Positions 25,004 to 31,929 of a stretch of 41,134 nucleotides of DNA are shown here, piece after piece. Under the pieces are notes generated by a model that did no database searches, was not told the origin of the DNA, and was given only the letters and a program-made list of their open reading frames with translations. The translations under genes and the position numbers were made by a program. This DNA comes from Oscillospiraceae bacterium. Its GTDB lineage: Bacteria > Bacillota > Clostridia > Oscillospirales > Oscillospiraceae. The DNA is taken from positions 1 through 41,134 of the forward strand of contig JAFXFT010000195.1 of the NCBI GenBank assembly GCA_017513385.1, in the 5' to 3' direction. Every line of letters starts with the position of its first letter. Within the stretch, counting starts at the first letter, position 1.

Positions 25004-26392
25004 TTACGCGTTGATGTACCCGGTGGAGATCTCCCCGCCGGTCATTTCGTCCTCCATGTCCTCGTCGTCGAACTCGTCCCGCACCAGCTCCGCCACAGGC
25101 AGCTCACCCGGCAGCGTGCGGCTCACGCAGAAGTAGCGCAGCGAGTCCGGGCCGTGGGTGATATCGTGGGGCTGCTTGGCGCAGTCGTTGGGGTTGGTCT
25201 CGTCCGTCTGGATGGTCTCAAGGTCGCTGATAAGCCCCTTGCAGCTGTTGAACAGCACCAGACCGGGGTTTCCGTCGGCACCGTCCATAAGGAACTCCTT
25301 CACCTGCAGCCAGCCCTGTACGCGGTTGTTGTCCGCCTTGATGATGGGCACGCCGTTCACCATGAACAGCTCCGCCATGCTCTTGCCGGTGTCCTTCTGC
25401 CGGTTCCACATATCCGGCGGTGCAAACGTAACAGCGATACGCTCATCCTTGCCGGTATTCTCCAATATGGCCTGTGCAGCCTCAGAAACGTTCAAATTCG
25501 ACTGCCGGTACTCCCGGTAGATAACGGCTCTGCCCTTCTCGTCCACCGCAGCCCAGACCACCGCCAGCATGTCGAGACCGTAGTCAAACGCCCGGTAGCG
25601 CGTCCAGTGCGCCGGGATCTTGAACGGTGCCACCACATGCTTGGCCGGCGAGAACTCGGGGAAGTAGTTGCCGCCCAGCACGTCCCAGTCGCCGTAGCGG
25701 TGGGCGTGACGGATGTTCTCCGGCAGCTGCGACAGAGAGTCCAGATACTCTTTACCGCCCTTGGAGTTCATCAGAGCTTCGTTATCATCGACCGTGGCCT
25801 GAATAAAGTAGTAGTCCTCCGGGTTCTCGTTCTCTTCGGGGTTCGGTGAGTCGAGCTTGTACTGCTTGTCGATGAACAGACGCTTTACCCAACGGTGGCC
25901 TACGCCGCCGGGGTTGCACGTAAGGAAAAACTGCTTCGGAAAATCATTGACGCCTCGAAGACAGCCGCCCAACAGACGGAACTCCTCCTCGGTAAACTGC
26001 GTCGCTTCGTCCATAAAAATCCAGTCGTATTCCTGACCCTGATACTCAGTCATAGCGCTCTGATACGACTGGAAGTGCCCAAACTTTATGATGCTGCCGT
26101 TGATGAAGTACATCTGCTTCTGCTGCACGTTGTACGTCGCCAGGGCAGACGGCACCAGCTTCAGCAGCGGCTCAATGTGGTTCGACTGCAATTCCGGATA
26201 CGTGCGTCGGATGATAAGAATGCGAATACCAGCGTATTCACACGCACCGCAAAGCGCTTTGGTTCGGACGCCGTGAGTCTTGCCGCCGCCACGAGCTCCG
26301 CCGTAGCCGGTGTACTTCGCCCGGCTGAGGAAAAACTCCTCCTGCTTCTTATTCAGTTTTCCGAGCTGAAGGCTTACCTCGTTACTTGCCAT
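25004..26392 (-). CDS. terL: terminase large subunit
   Basis: Walker A is GYGGARGGGKT and Walker B is DWIFMDEATQF. A C-terminal nuclease-like acidic region follows. Confidence 0.9.
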   Translation of the reverse strand: MASNEVSLQLGKLNKKQEEFFLSRAKYTGYGGARGGGKTHGVRTKALCGACEYAGIRILIIRRTYPELQSNHIEPLLKLVPSALATYNVQQKQMYFINGSIIKFGHFQSYQSAMTEYQGQEYDWIFMDEATQFTEEEFRLLGGCLRGVNDFPKQFFLTCNPGGVGHRWVKRLFIDKQYKLDSPNPEENENPEDYYFIQATVDDNEALMNSKGGKEYLDSLSQLPENIRHAHRYGDWDVLGGNYFPEFSPAKHVVAPFKIPAHWTRYRAFDYGLDMLAVVWAAVDEKGRAVIYREYRQSNLNVSEAAQAILENTGKDERIAVTFAPPDMWNRQKDTGKSMAELFMVNGVPIIKADNNRVQGWLQVKEFLMDGADGNPGLVLFNSCKGLISDLETIQTDETNPNDCAKQPHDITHGPDSLRYFCVSRTLPGELPVAELVRDEFDDEDMEDEMTGGEISTGYINA

Positions 26393-26828
26393 GCTTCAGC
26401 GGCTTCCCGTCCGCACCGGCAATGGAGATCGTAATAGCCTGACTGCCCTTCGTCTCAGTACGCTGTACGCTGTCCTGAAAGCCGCCCCACAGCTTCTGTT
26501 TGCTCAGGAAGATCCAGCCCGTTACCTTGTTGCTTGCACCGTTGGCGATCTGCTCCACGCAAATGCCCCGGCGGAACTCCACCAGCCGATCCATTGCCGC
26601 CTGATACGTGATGCCCGTGGGCTCTTCGTCCTCGTCGCTGTCATAGAAGCCGTCATACCAGCGCTGCATCGTCCTGACCTTTACACCGAGCTTCTCCATC
26701 AGCTTGTAGTCCGTCGGCATGACGCCGTTTTCGATGTAATCGGCAATGAGCTCCTCAACCGCCTGCGCTACCTGCTCCGGCGTGCGCTTTACAGGTCGAC
26801 CGCCTTTGCTCTTCTTCTCTGCTGCCAT
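26382..26828 (-). CDS. terS: terminase small subunit
   Basis: The ATG at 26828 follows aaaggag. The N-terminal HTH-like segment is GGRPVKRTPEQVAQAVEELIADY, and the gene overlaps the terL start. Confidence 0.7.
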   Translation of the reverse strand: MAAEKKSKGGRPVKRTPEQVAQAVEELIADYIENGVMPTDYKLMEKLGVKVRTMQRWYDGFYDSDEDEEPTGITYQAAMDRLVEFRRGICVEQIANGASNKVTGWIFLSKQKLWGGFQDSVQRTETKGSQAITISIAGADGKPLKHGK

Positions 26829-26874
26829 GAAACCACTCCTTTCTTGAATTATTTGGGTGTCCACCACCCTAATA

Positions 26875-26905
26875 GAAAAACCCCACCGGCATTTTTCCGA
26901 TGGGG
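26875..26905 (-). terminator. rho-independent terminator about 45 nt upstream of the terS start
   Basis: On the minus strand the stem is ccccatcgg-aaaaatg-ccggtgggg (one G-U pair), followed by tttttc. Confidence 0.7.
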
Positions 26906-27525
26906 TACCTTTTGAAATTGTCAGCCATGCGTGTTCACAATATTACCTATAGGCTAACGCACGAACGCCGCCCCACTTTTTCCGCTACCCCCTACCCGGG
27001 GGAGGGTCCAAAACGATGCCAGGAGGGGAGGCCCTGCAGGCCGTGGCCGGGCCTATAACATGCAGCTCATACGTCCTTTATGCACTGTTTTCAATCCCAA
27101 ATTAAACAAAATAACCAATTTGTTAAATAATAAAAGCCCGCAAACCATTGAGTTTACAGGCTTTTCATATTTCCGTATAAAATGAATAGTAAAATCAGGC
27201 TCCACAGCCCTTGTAAAATGAATAATTCAGCCAGCAGCCGAGGCGCTTGTGGTGGCGCTCGGCGCTGCTGGCATAACTAAACGTAATCTATGCGATAACA
27301 AATAGGAATCCGCTTTTTTAAGCAGCCAAAACGCACCAATTTTATCTATAAGAGGAGAGAAGAGGAGATAAGACAAGACAAGCAGAAAAGCAAAAAACAG
27401 AAGCGACGGCCGGCGATTGCCAGCAAGAAACTTTTCTTTGCGGCGAACGAAGTGAGCCGTTTCTTTTCTTCGCCTTCGCCTTTGATCCTCGTCACGAACG
27501 CCAGTTCGCGACCTACATTATTGAC

Positions 27526-27617
27526 TTTCTTTCTTCTTTCTTCTTTCTTAAGGGTTATTAATAGGGGGGTACAGGGGGGGAAGAAGAAGGGATTTTCTTT
27601 CTTCTTTCTTCTTTCTT
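27526..27617 (+). repeat. two identical 24-nt polypyrimidine direct repeats (tttctttcttctttcttctttctt) flanking a G-run core
   Basis: Copies lie at 27526-27549 and 27594-27617. The G6 (27564-69), G7 (27574-80) and GGG (27589-91) runs lie between them. Confidence 0.95.
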
Positions 27618-27705
27618 TCCAGCCTGCATTATACCACAGGTTTTCGTGGCAAAAGTGGACATCTTTTGAAAAACAGCAATAAAAAATAAAAAATAGCACT
27701 GTACA

Positions 27706-27737
27706 CACAATAAAAGGGCGGGTTACTTCCCGCCCTT
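27706..27737 (-). terminator. rho-independent terminator of the RHH gene
   Basis: On the minus strand the stem is aagggcggg-aagtaa-cccgccctt, followed by ttattgt. The stem includes the stop codon. Confidence 0.75.
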
Positions 27738-27917
27738 GTCTCTTGCCATGGCCTCCAGGATCGCCCGACCAATAAACGCATTTACGCTCTCGCCCATGCT
27801 GTCCGCGTGAGCTTTAATCATTCCTTTCTCACCTTTCGGCACGCGTACCGTTATCTCGTCGTAGTTGGCTCTTGTATACTTCGCAACGGCGCGCTGTTGG
27901 GCCTTCGATATAGCCAC
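27723..27917 (-). CDS. ribbon-helix-helix (Arc/CopG-type) repressor, 64 aa
   Basis: The GTG at 27917 lies 7 nt after aaaagagg. The sequence is VAISKAQQRAVAKYTRANYDEITVRVPKGEKGMIKAHADSMGESVNAFIGRAILEAM. The longer ORF-track model (to 28286) has a non-protein-like N-terminus. Confidence 0.7.
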   Translation of the reverse strand: MAISKAQQRAVAKYTRANYDEITVRVPKGEKGMIKAHADSMGESVNAFIGRAILEAMARDKGGK

Positions 27918-27956
27918 AATATCACCTCTTTTCCCTGCGATTCTATCACATGATAT

Positions 27957-28040
27957 ATATTGAGCGCAATAGTGCATGTTGCACATATTGAGCGCAATAG
28001 ATTTGTACAACATCCCGTCTTGATATATTGAGCGCAATAG
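27957..28040. promoter_or_regulatory. three direct copies of a 16-bp operator-like box ATATTGAGCGCAATAG
   Basis: Exact copies lie at 27957-27972, 27985-28000 and 28025-28040, in the divergent region upstream of the RHH gene. The copy at 27957 overlaps a minus-strand ttgcgc-N18-tagaat promoter. Confidence 0.8.
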
Positions 28041-28087
28041 ATTATAATTCAAAGCGTCAGGAGGCCACAGGCCACCGGCGCAGCACC

Positions 28088-28116
28088 TTGACAACTGAAT
28101 ATCGGCGATGTAGAAT
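28088..28116 (+). promoter_or_regulatory. consensus-like sigma-70 promoter (TTGACA-17 nt-TAGAAT) for the accessory operon
   Basis: The sequence is ttgaca(28088-93) actgaatatcggcgatg tagaat(28111-16). The SD gaggtg and the ATG at 28135 follow. Confidence 0.75.
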
Positions 28117-28134
28117 AGCCATGAGGTGAAGACC

Positions 28135-28359
28135 ATGACCAATGAAACGTTGATTCTTGAAACCCTCCAGCAGATAAGCGAAAACATCCGCAGCATCAAT
28201 ACCCGGCTTGATGGTATTGAGACCCGGCTTGAAAGCATAGAGGAAACCTTGGAAGAACACACAACCGCGCTTGACGAGCTTATCAAGTGGGCAGATGATG
28301 CGCAGGTAGTTGTAAAAATTCCATTTGCTCAGGCCGCACCCCTCCCGGAAGCGCAATAA
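28135..28359 (+). CDS. small coiled-coil protein (74 aa)
   Basis: The sequence contains the heptad repeat INTRLDGIETRLESIEETLEEH. The ATG at 28135 follows gaggtg. Confidence 0.65.
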   Translation: MTNETLILETLQQISENIRSINTRLDGIETRLESIEETLEEHTTALDELIKWADDAQVVVKIPFAQAAPLPEAQ

Positions 28360-28373
28360 ATACATAAGACTTA

Positions 28374-28409
28374 CAGCATCGCCGATATTCGGTGGTGCTG
28401 TTTTATTTT
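28374..28409 (+). terminator. rho-independent terminator / attenuator between gene 1 and the J-domain gene
   Basis: The stem is cagcatcgccg-atatt-cggtggtgctg (two G-U pairs), followed by ttttatttt. Confidence 0.7.
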
Positions 28410-28434
28410 GTATTATTGAATGGAGGAATACACA

Positions 28435-28932
28435 ATGAAATACTTCACTACCTGCCATGATCTCGATTCCCTCAAAGCCCAGTACCGCCGTCTGGCCATG
28501 AAGCACCACCCCGACAGAGGCGGCGATCTGGAGACCATGAAAGCCATCAATGCCGAGCATGATCAGCTCTTTGAAATCCTCAAGAAACAGCACAATGAAA
28601 GCGCTGACGAGTACCACCAGACCACCGAAACCGCCGAAGAGTTCCGCGAGGTGCTCAACGCCCTTTTGAAGCTGGACGGACTCACCGTTGAGCTCTGCGG
28701 CTCCTGGCTCTGGATCAGCGGAAACACCAAGGCCAACAAAGAAGCCTTGAAAGCTGCCGGCTGCCGGTGGAGCCAAAATAAGTCAATGTGGTATTGGCGG
28801 CACCCTGAAGCGCGCAAGCACTACCGCAAGAGCAACGCGAGCATGTCCGACATCCGCCGCAAGTATGGATCTCAGGTGTTCCACGGCTCCGAGGAAACCA
28901 GCGGATACACCCGCATTGGGGCGACGGCGTAA
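28435..28932 (+). CDS. J-domain (DnaJ-like co-chaperone) protein with a phage/plasmid-type C-terminal domain
   Basis: LKAQYRRLAMKHHPDRGGD carries the HPD motif. The C-terminal part is LCGSWLWISGNTKANKEALKAAGCRWSQNKSMWYWR. The SD ggagga lies upstream. Confidence 0.8.
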   Translation: MKYFTTCHDLDSLKAQYRRLAMKHHPDRGGDLETMKAINAEHDQLFEILKKQHNESADEYHQTTETAEEFREVLNALLKLDGLTVELCGSWLWISGNTKANKEALKAAGCRWSQNKSMWYWRHPEARKHYRKSNASMSDIRRKYGSQVFHGSEETSGYTRIGATA

Positions 28933-28955
28933 GCCGTCCCCCGCAGGAGGTGAAC

Positions 28956-29411
28956 ATGGAATATACAGACCTTTTTCGCTGCTTCGGCTCTCCAAGCACT
29001 ACCGCCGAGCACCGCATTTATATTTACGTTGAGACCCCCGAAAACCTCAAGAGCGCAAAAGAGATCAGTTACCGTGACCACTCCGCCGCTCAGAACATCG
29101 CCGAAATGGAAAAGTATATTGAGCTTTTAAAGCTGTATCGGATCGAGCTTGCCCGCCGTTATTCTCAGTTGGAAACTATGTCCTACAAGGACACGCTTTA
29201 CCTCGAACGGATTCCCCATTGGATAGGCAATATCGAATACGTGATCCGCATCGAGCGAGTCATGGAGGATGGAACGAAGACCGAGCCTTTCCGCGAAACC
29301 TTCCCCGGCAAAGAACGGCACAAGGCCTTTGCCCGTTTTGATGAGCTGCGCAAGCAGCACCCAGGCATTGAGGCGGTAAAAGACATAGAGCGCCGCCCTT
29401 GGGAGCATTGA
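28956..29411 (+). CDS. hypothetical protein (151 aa)
   Basis: The ATG at 28956 lies 5 nt after aggagg. Confidence 0.7.
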   Translation: MEYTDLFRCFGSPSTTAEHRIYIYVETPENLKSAKEISYRDHSAAQNIAEMEKYIELLKLYRIELARRYSQLETMSYKDTLYLERIPHWIGNIEYVIRIERVMEDGTKTEPFRETFPGKERHKAFARFDELRKQHPGIEAVKDIERRPWEH

Positions 29412-29464
29412 CCACCACAGAGCCCCGCCGGAGGCCTTGTATCCGGCAGAAAGGAATTGAATTT

Positions 29465-29713
29465 ATGAAACTCTCTATTAAAGCCAATGGAAAAATAACG
29501 GACGCGCTCATCAATAAGACTATTAGAGACAACGAGGGCATCCACCTTGAAAAAACCCACGTAGACGGGGAGATTTATATGGTTGAGATCACTTTTGACC
29601 CTTCCTATTTGTGGAGCGATTTGGAGTTTTGGCTGGAGGATGAAAACGGCCATTATTGCGACCACGCCAAAATGAATGTTTCCAAGAGATACAAAATGCA
29701 ATTCAGTAAATAA
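29465..29713 (+). CDS. hypothetical protein (82 aa)
   Basis: The ATG at 29465 follows gaaagga. Confidence 0.6.
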   Translation: MKLSIKANGKITDALINKTIRDNEGIHLEKTHVDGEIYMVEITFDPSYLWSDLEFWLEDENGHYCDHAKMNVSKRYKMQFSK

Positions 29714-29728
29714 AAGGGGGCCTAACAT

Positions 29729-29893
29729 ATGAAAAAGAAAAAACTTTACCCCGGCACCGTGGAGGCGGAGCAGCAGCGCTGCAAGGGCCCGGAGCCTGGC
29801 CCTGAGCCCGATTTTATAGCCGGGGCCCCTAACTATGATAAATTCCACGGTTGGGCGCCCGAAGAGGTTTTGGTGTTTCTCAATATCGATTGA
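29729..29893 (+). CDS. hypothetical small protein (54 aa, below the ORF-track cutoff): MKKKKLYPGTVEAEQQRCKGPEPGPEPDFIAGAPNYDKFHGWAPEEVLVFLNID
   Basis: The SD aaggggg lies upstream, and the ORF fills the gap between annotated ORFs. Confidence 0.45.
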   Translation: MKKKKLYPGTVEAEQQRCKGPEPGPEPDFIAGAPNYDKFHGWAPEEVLVFLNID

Positions 29894-29909
29894 TCGGAGG
29901 TTTTAACTT

Positions 29910-30095
29910 ATGAGAGTTGCGGACACAATCACAAACGGCGCTTTGACTTACTCCCTTTATTGGCAGACTGCAATGGACGGCAAGCGGTATTGCCGCGTAA
30001 AGGTTTATGACTCCCAGCGTGGAACAACTTACCAGTACGGCTATTATTTCAAGACCAAGAAGGCCGCCCGGCTCCATATCGCAGCCGGATGTTGA
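29910..30095 (+). CDS. hypothetical protein (61 aa)
   Basis: The SD cggagg lies upstream. Confidence 0.55.
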   Translation: MRVADTITNGALTYSLYWQTAMDGKRYCRVKVYDSQRGTTYQYGYYFKTKKAARLHIAAGC

Positions 30096-30111
30096 CTGGA
30101 GGCCCTGACTT

Positions 30112-30291
30112 ATGATGCTTTTTGCTTTTGCTCTTGAGCTGCTTATGGCCGTAATTCTCGGCGAGGAACTGCTTTATTGGGCTCTTGCCTTATGGCTCTT
30201 TGCCTTGTGGCTTCGCCGTATGGTTAACCAATACCGGGACGACATCGCAGCCCGTAATTGGGGCCGCGAGTATTTCGCAAGGAAGTATTGA
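30112..30291 (+). CDS. small membrane protein (59 aa, below the ORF-track cutoff): MMLFAFALELLMAVILGEELLYWALALWLFALWLRRMVNQYRDDIAARNWGREYFARKY
   Basis: The SD tggagg lies upstream, and there are two hydrophobic segments. Confidence 0.5.
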   Translation: MMLFAFALELLMAVILGEELLYWALALWLFALWLRRMVNQYRDDIAARNWGREYFARKY

Positions 30292-30363
30292 AAAACCGAC
30301 TCTCGAGGTTTATAATTTAACCAACTTTTGACGTGGCCTTTATGGCCGGAAAGGAATTGCTTT

Positions 30364-30630
30364 ATGAAAATCGTTTTTGGCGATTTTACCGTCGCTTATA
30401 CCGTCGTCGGAGAAAAAGAGGAAGAGGCTGCGGCAGCGCTTGAGCACAGATTGGACATTCTGGACCACTCCCGCGGCTATGGGATTATCAGTTCCGGCGA
30501 TTATTACGCGGAGAAAAAAGACCTCCGGACCTCCATCGCTGAAGAGTATGGCGTGGAAATTGAAATGGTAGATAGCGCCGACGTTAAGTACAAAGTAGTC
30601 GACGGACAGCAAATCTGGTATATGGATTAA
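30364..30630 (+). CDS. hypothetical protein (88 aa)
   Basis: The ATG at 30364 follows gaaagga. This is the last gene of the accessory operon. Confidence 0.6.
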   Translation: MKIVFGDFTVAYTVVGEKEEEAAAALEHRLDILDHSRGYGIISSGDYYAEKKDLRTSIAEEYGVEIEMVDSADVKYKVVDGQQIWYMD

Positions 30631-30677
30631 AGCCGGGAGCTATATGCCCTCAACTCTTATTCTTTGAACTCCGCCGC

Positions 30678-30898
30678 AAATTTACTGGAAATTTACTGGA
30701 AACGCGCTACATTCTACGACATATTTCACCATATTTTTACATCATCTAAAAACCAGCAAAGCATTGATTCATAAAGAAAAATCCCGGAAACTCAACGGTT
30801 TCCGGGATTGACTGTTTGGCGGGAATATGTGGGAATCGAAGCCACAAAGAATATAGTATTATCAATGCTTTCGTGGATTTTTACTGTAATTTTACTGA
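30678..30898. other. candidate attP region with arm-type repeat pairs
   Basis: A tandem pair AAATTTACTGG x2 lies at 30678-30699 and a tandem pair A(T/A)TTTTACTG(T/A) lies at 30877-30898. Both have the same orientation and bracket about 180 bp directly 3' of the integrase gene. Confidence 0.5.
30771..30809 (-). terminator. rho-independent terminator of the integrase transcript
   Basis: A 12-bp stem (aatcccggaaac / gtttccgggatt) is followed by ttttctttat on the minus strand. Confidence 0.75.
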
Positions 30899-30909
30899 TA
30901 GGCTATAAA

Positions 30910-31929
30910 TTATTGAATATCTATACTATACAATCCTTCGCGGATTTTAGCCTTATGCGCATCCCGCAAATGCGTATACACGTCTTTCGTCGTCTGAATC
31001 TGCGCATGCCCGAGCAGCTCCTGTGCGTCACTGTCAGATACCCCGGCCTCGAAGAGCATCACCGTGTAAGAGTGCCGGAGCTGATGAGGGGTGCAGGTTA
31101 CCCCGGTAAGCTCCTTGTACTTTGCCCATGCGCTTTGGCATTGCGCGTCGGTGTATGCCTCTCCTCGGAAGTTCTTGAATACCGGCCCCTTGCCCTTTTC
31201 AACGCGCTCCAAGAGCTTATCAAGGATAGGGACTACACGAATACCGGCCTGTGTCTTGGGGGCTTTCACGGCTTCCCTGCGGCCTCCTACGATGGACAGG
31301 CTTTTGTTGACTGTTATCGTCCGGTTTTCCGTGTCCACGTCGTCCCATGTGAGCGCCCGCAGCTCACCACGGCGCAGCCCGGTATACAGCGCCCAATAAG
31401 CGAAGTCCCCGAACGGGAGATCATAAGAGGCCTTTATAGTGGCGATGTCCTCGGCACTTGCCATGTCCCGGGCCGCCTTATCAAGCCCTTTCGGCACTAC
31501 CAACTCCCGCGCCGGGTTTAGATCGGCATAGCCCATCTGTACGGCGTAACGGCAGATCAGGTTGATGACCATAAGTTGAGTGCGGGCGGTCTTGTCGGCC
31601 ATGTGGTGGGCTTTCACGGCTCGATTGATAAATACGCTTATGTCCTTGGGGCGCAGCTCCTTTATGCTGATGCTGCCAAGCGCCTCAACCGCCCGGTTCA
31701 TGGCGGGGACATAGCCCTTGTGGGTGGAGGCTGCCAGCTTCGGCCCTGCATCCTCCCACCACTCAGCGGCGACCGCTGCGAATGTCTGGCCGCTCTCGGC
31801 CTTTTCGGTGTAGTCGGCGATCTTGCGCAGTACCTCCGCTTTGGTCTTGCCATAGACAACCTTGCGCTTGCCGCCGGTGATATCCCGCGGCAGCTCTTGT
31901 TGATAAAGGCCATCTTTCCGCCGTTTCAT
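30910..31929 (-). CDS. int: tyrosine-type site-specific integrase
   Basis: The catalytic region reads YTGLRRGELRALTWDDV ... HQLRHSY ... LLGHAQIQTTKDVYTH (R, HxxR, Y). An N-terminal SAM-like arm/core-binding region is present. Confidence 0.9.
   Translation of the reverse strand: MKRRKDGLYQQELPRDITGGKRKVVYGKTKAEVLRKIADYTEKAESGQTFAAVAAEWWEDAGPKLAASTHKGYVPAMNRAVEALGSISIKELRPKDISVFINRAVKAHHMADKTARTQLMVINLICRYAVQMGYADLNPARELVVPKGLDKAARDMASAEDIATIKASYDLPFGDFAYWALYTGLRRGELRALTWDDVDTENRTITVNKSLSIVGGRREAVKAPKTQAGIRVVPILDKLLERVEKGKGPVFKNFRGEAYTDAQCQSAWAKYKELTGVTCTPHQLRHSYTVMLFEAGVSDSDAQELLGHAQIQTTKDVYTHLRDAHKAKIREGLYSIDIQ

Noticed and set aside
27526-27617. Repeat-spacer-repeat unit that could be read as a CRISPR mini-array.
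   Set aside because: There are only two copies. The repeats are low-complexity CT mirror sequences with no palindromic CRISPR-like core, and no cas genes or leader are present. It is reported instead as a non-B-DNA/structured element.
27346-27708. 120-aa minus-strand ORF (and the 76-aa + ORF at 27452..27682) inside the terS-upstream spacer.
   Set aside because: The translation is dominated by K/E/R or F/L/S runs that come directly from the purine/pyrimidine tracts. There is no SD, so it is treated as non-coding.
27918-28286. N-terminal extension of the RHH ORF (187-aa model), plus the 239-aa antisense ORF at 28057..28776.
   Set aside because: The extension crosses the operator repeats and the divergent promoter and translates to Ser/Val/Leu low-complexity sequence. 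A GTG with a good SD at 27917 gives a typical 64-aa RHH protein. The 28057..28776 ORF is antisense to two well-supported + genes.
30815-30852. tRNA-like 3' fragment on the minus strand (gtggcTTCGATTcccac atattcc).
   Set aside because: It is not a tRNA gene. Only a T-arm-like piece is present, the loop-closing pair is C-C instead of G-C, and there is no D or anticodon arm. It is kept only as a hint for the attP core.
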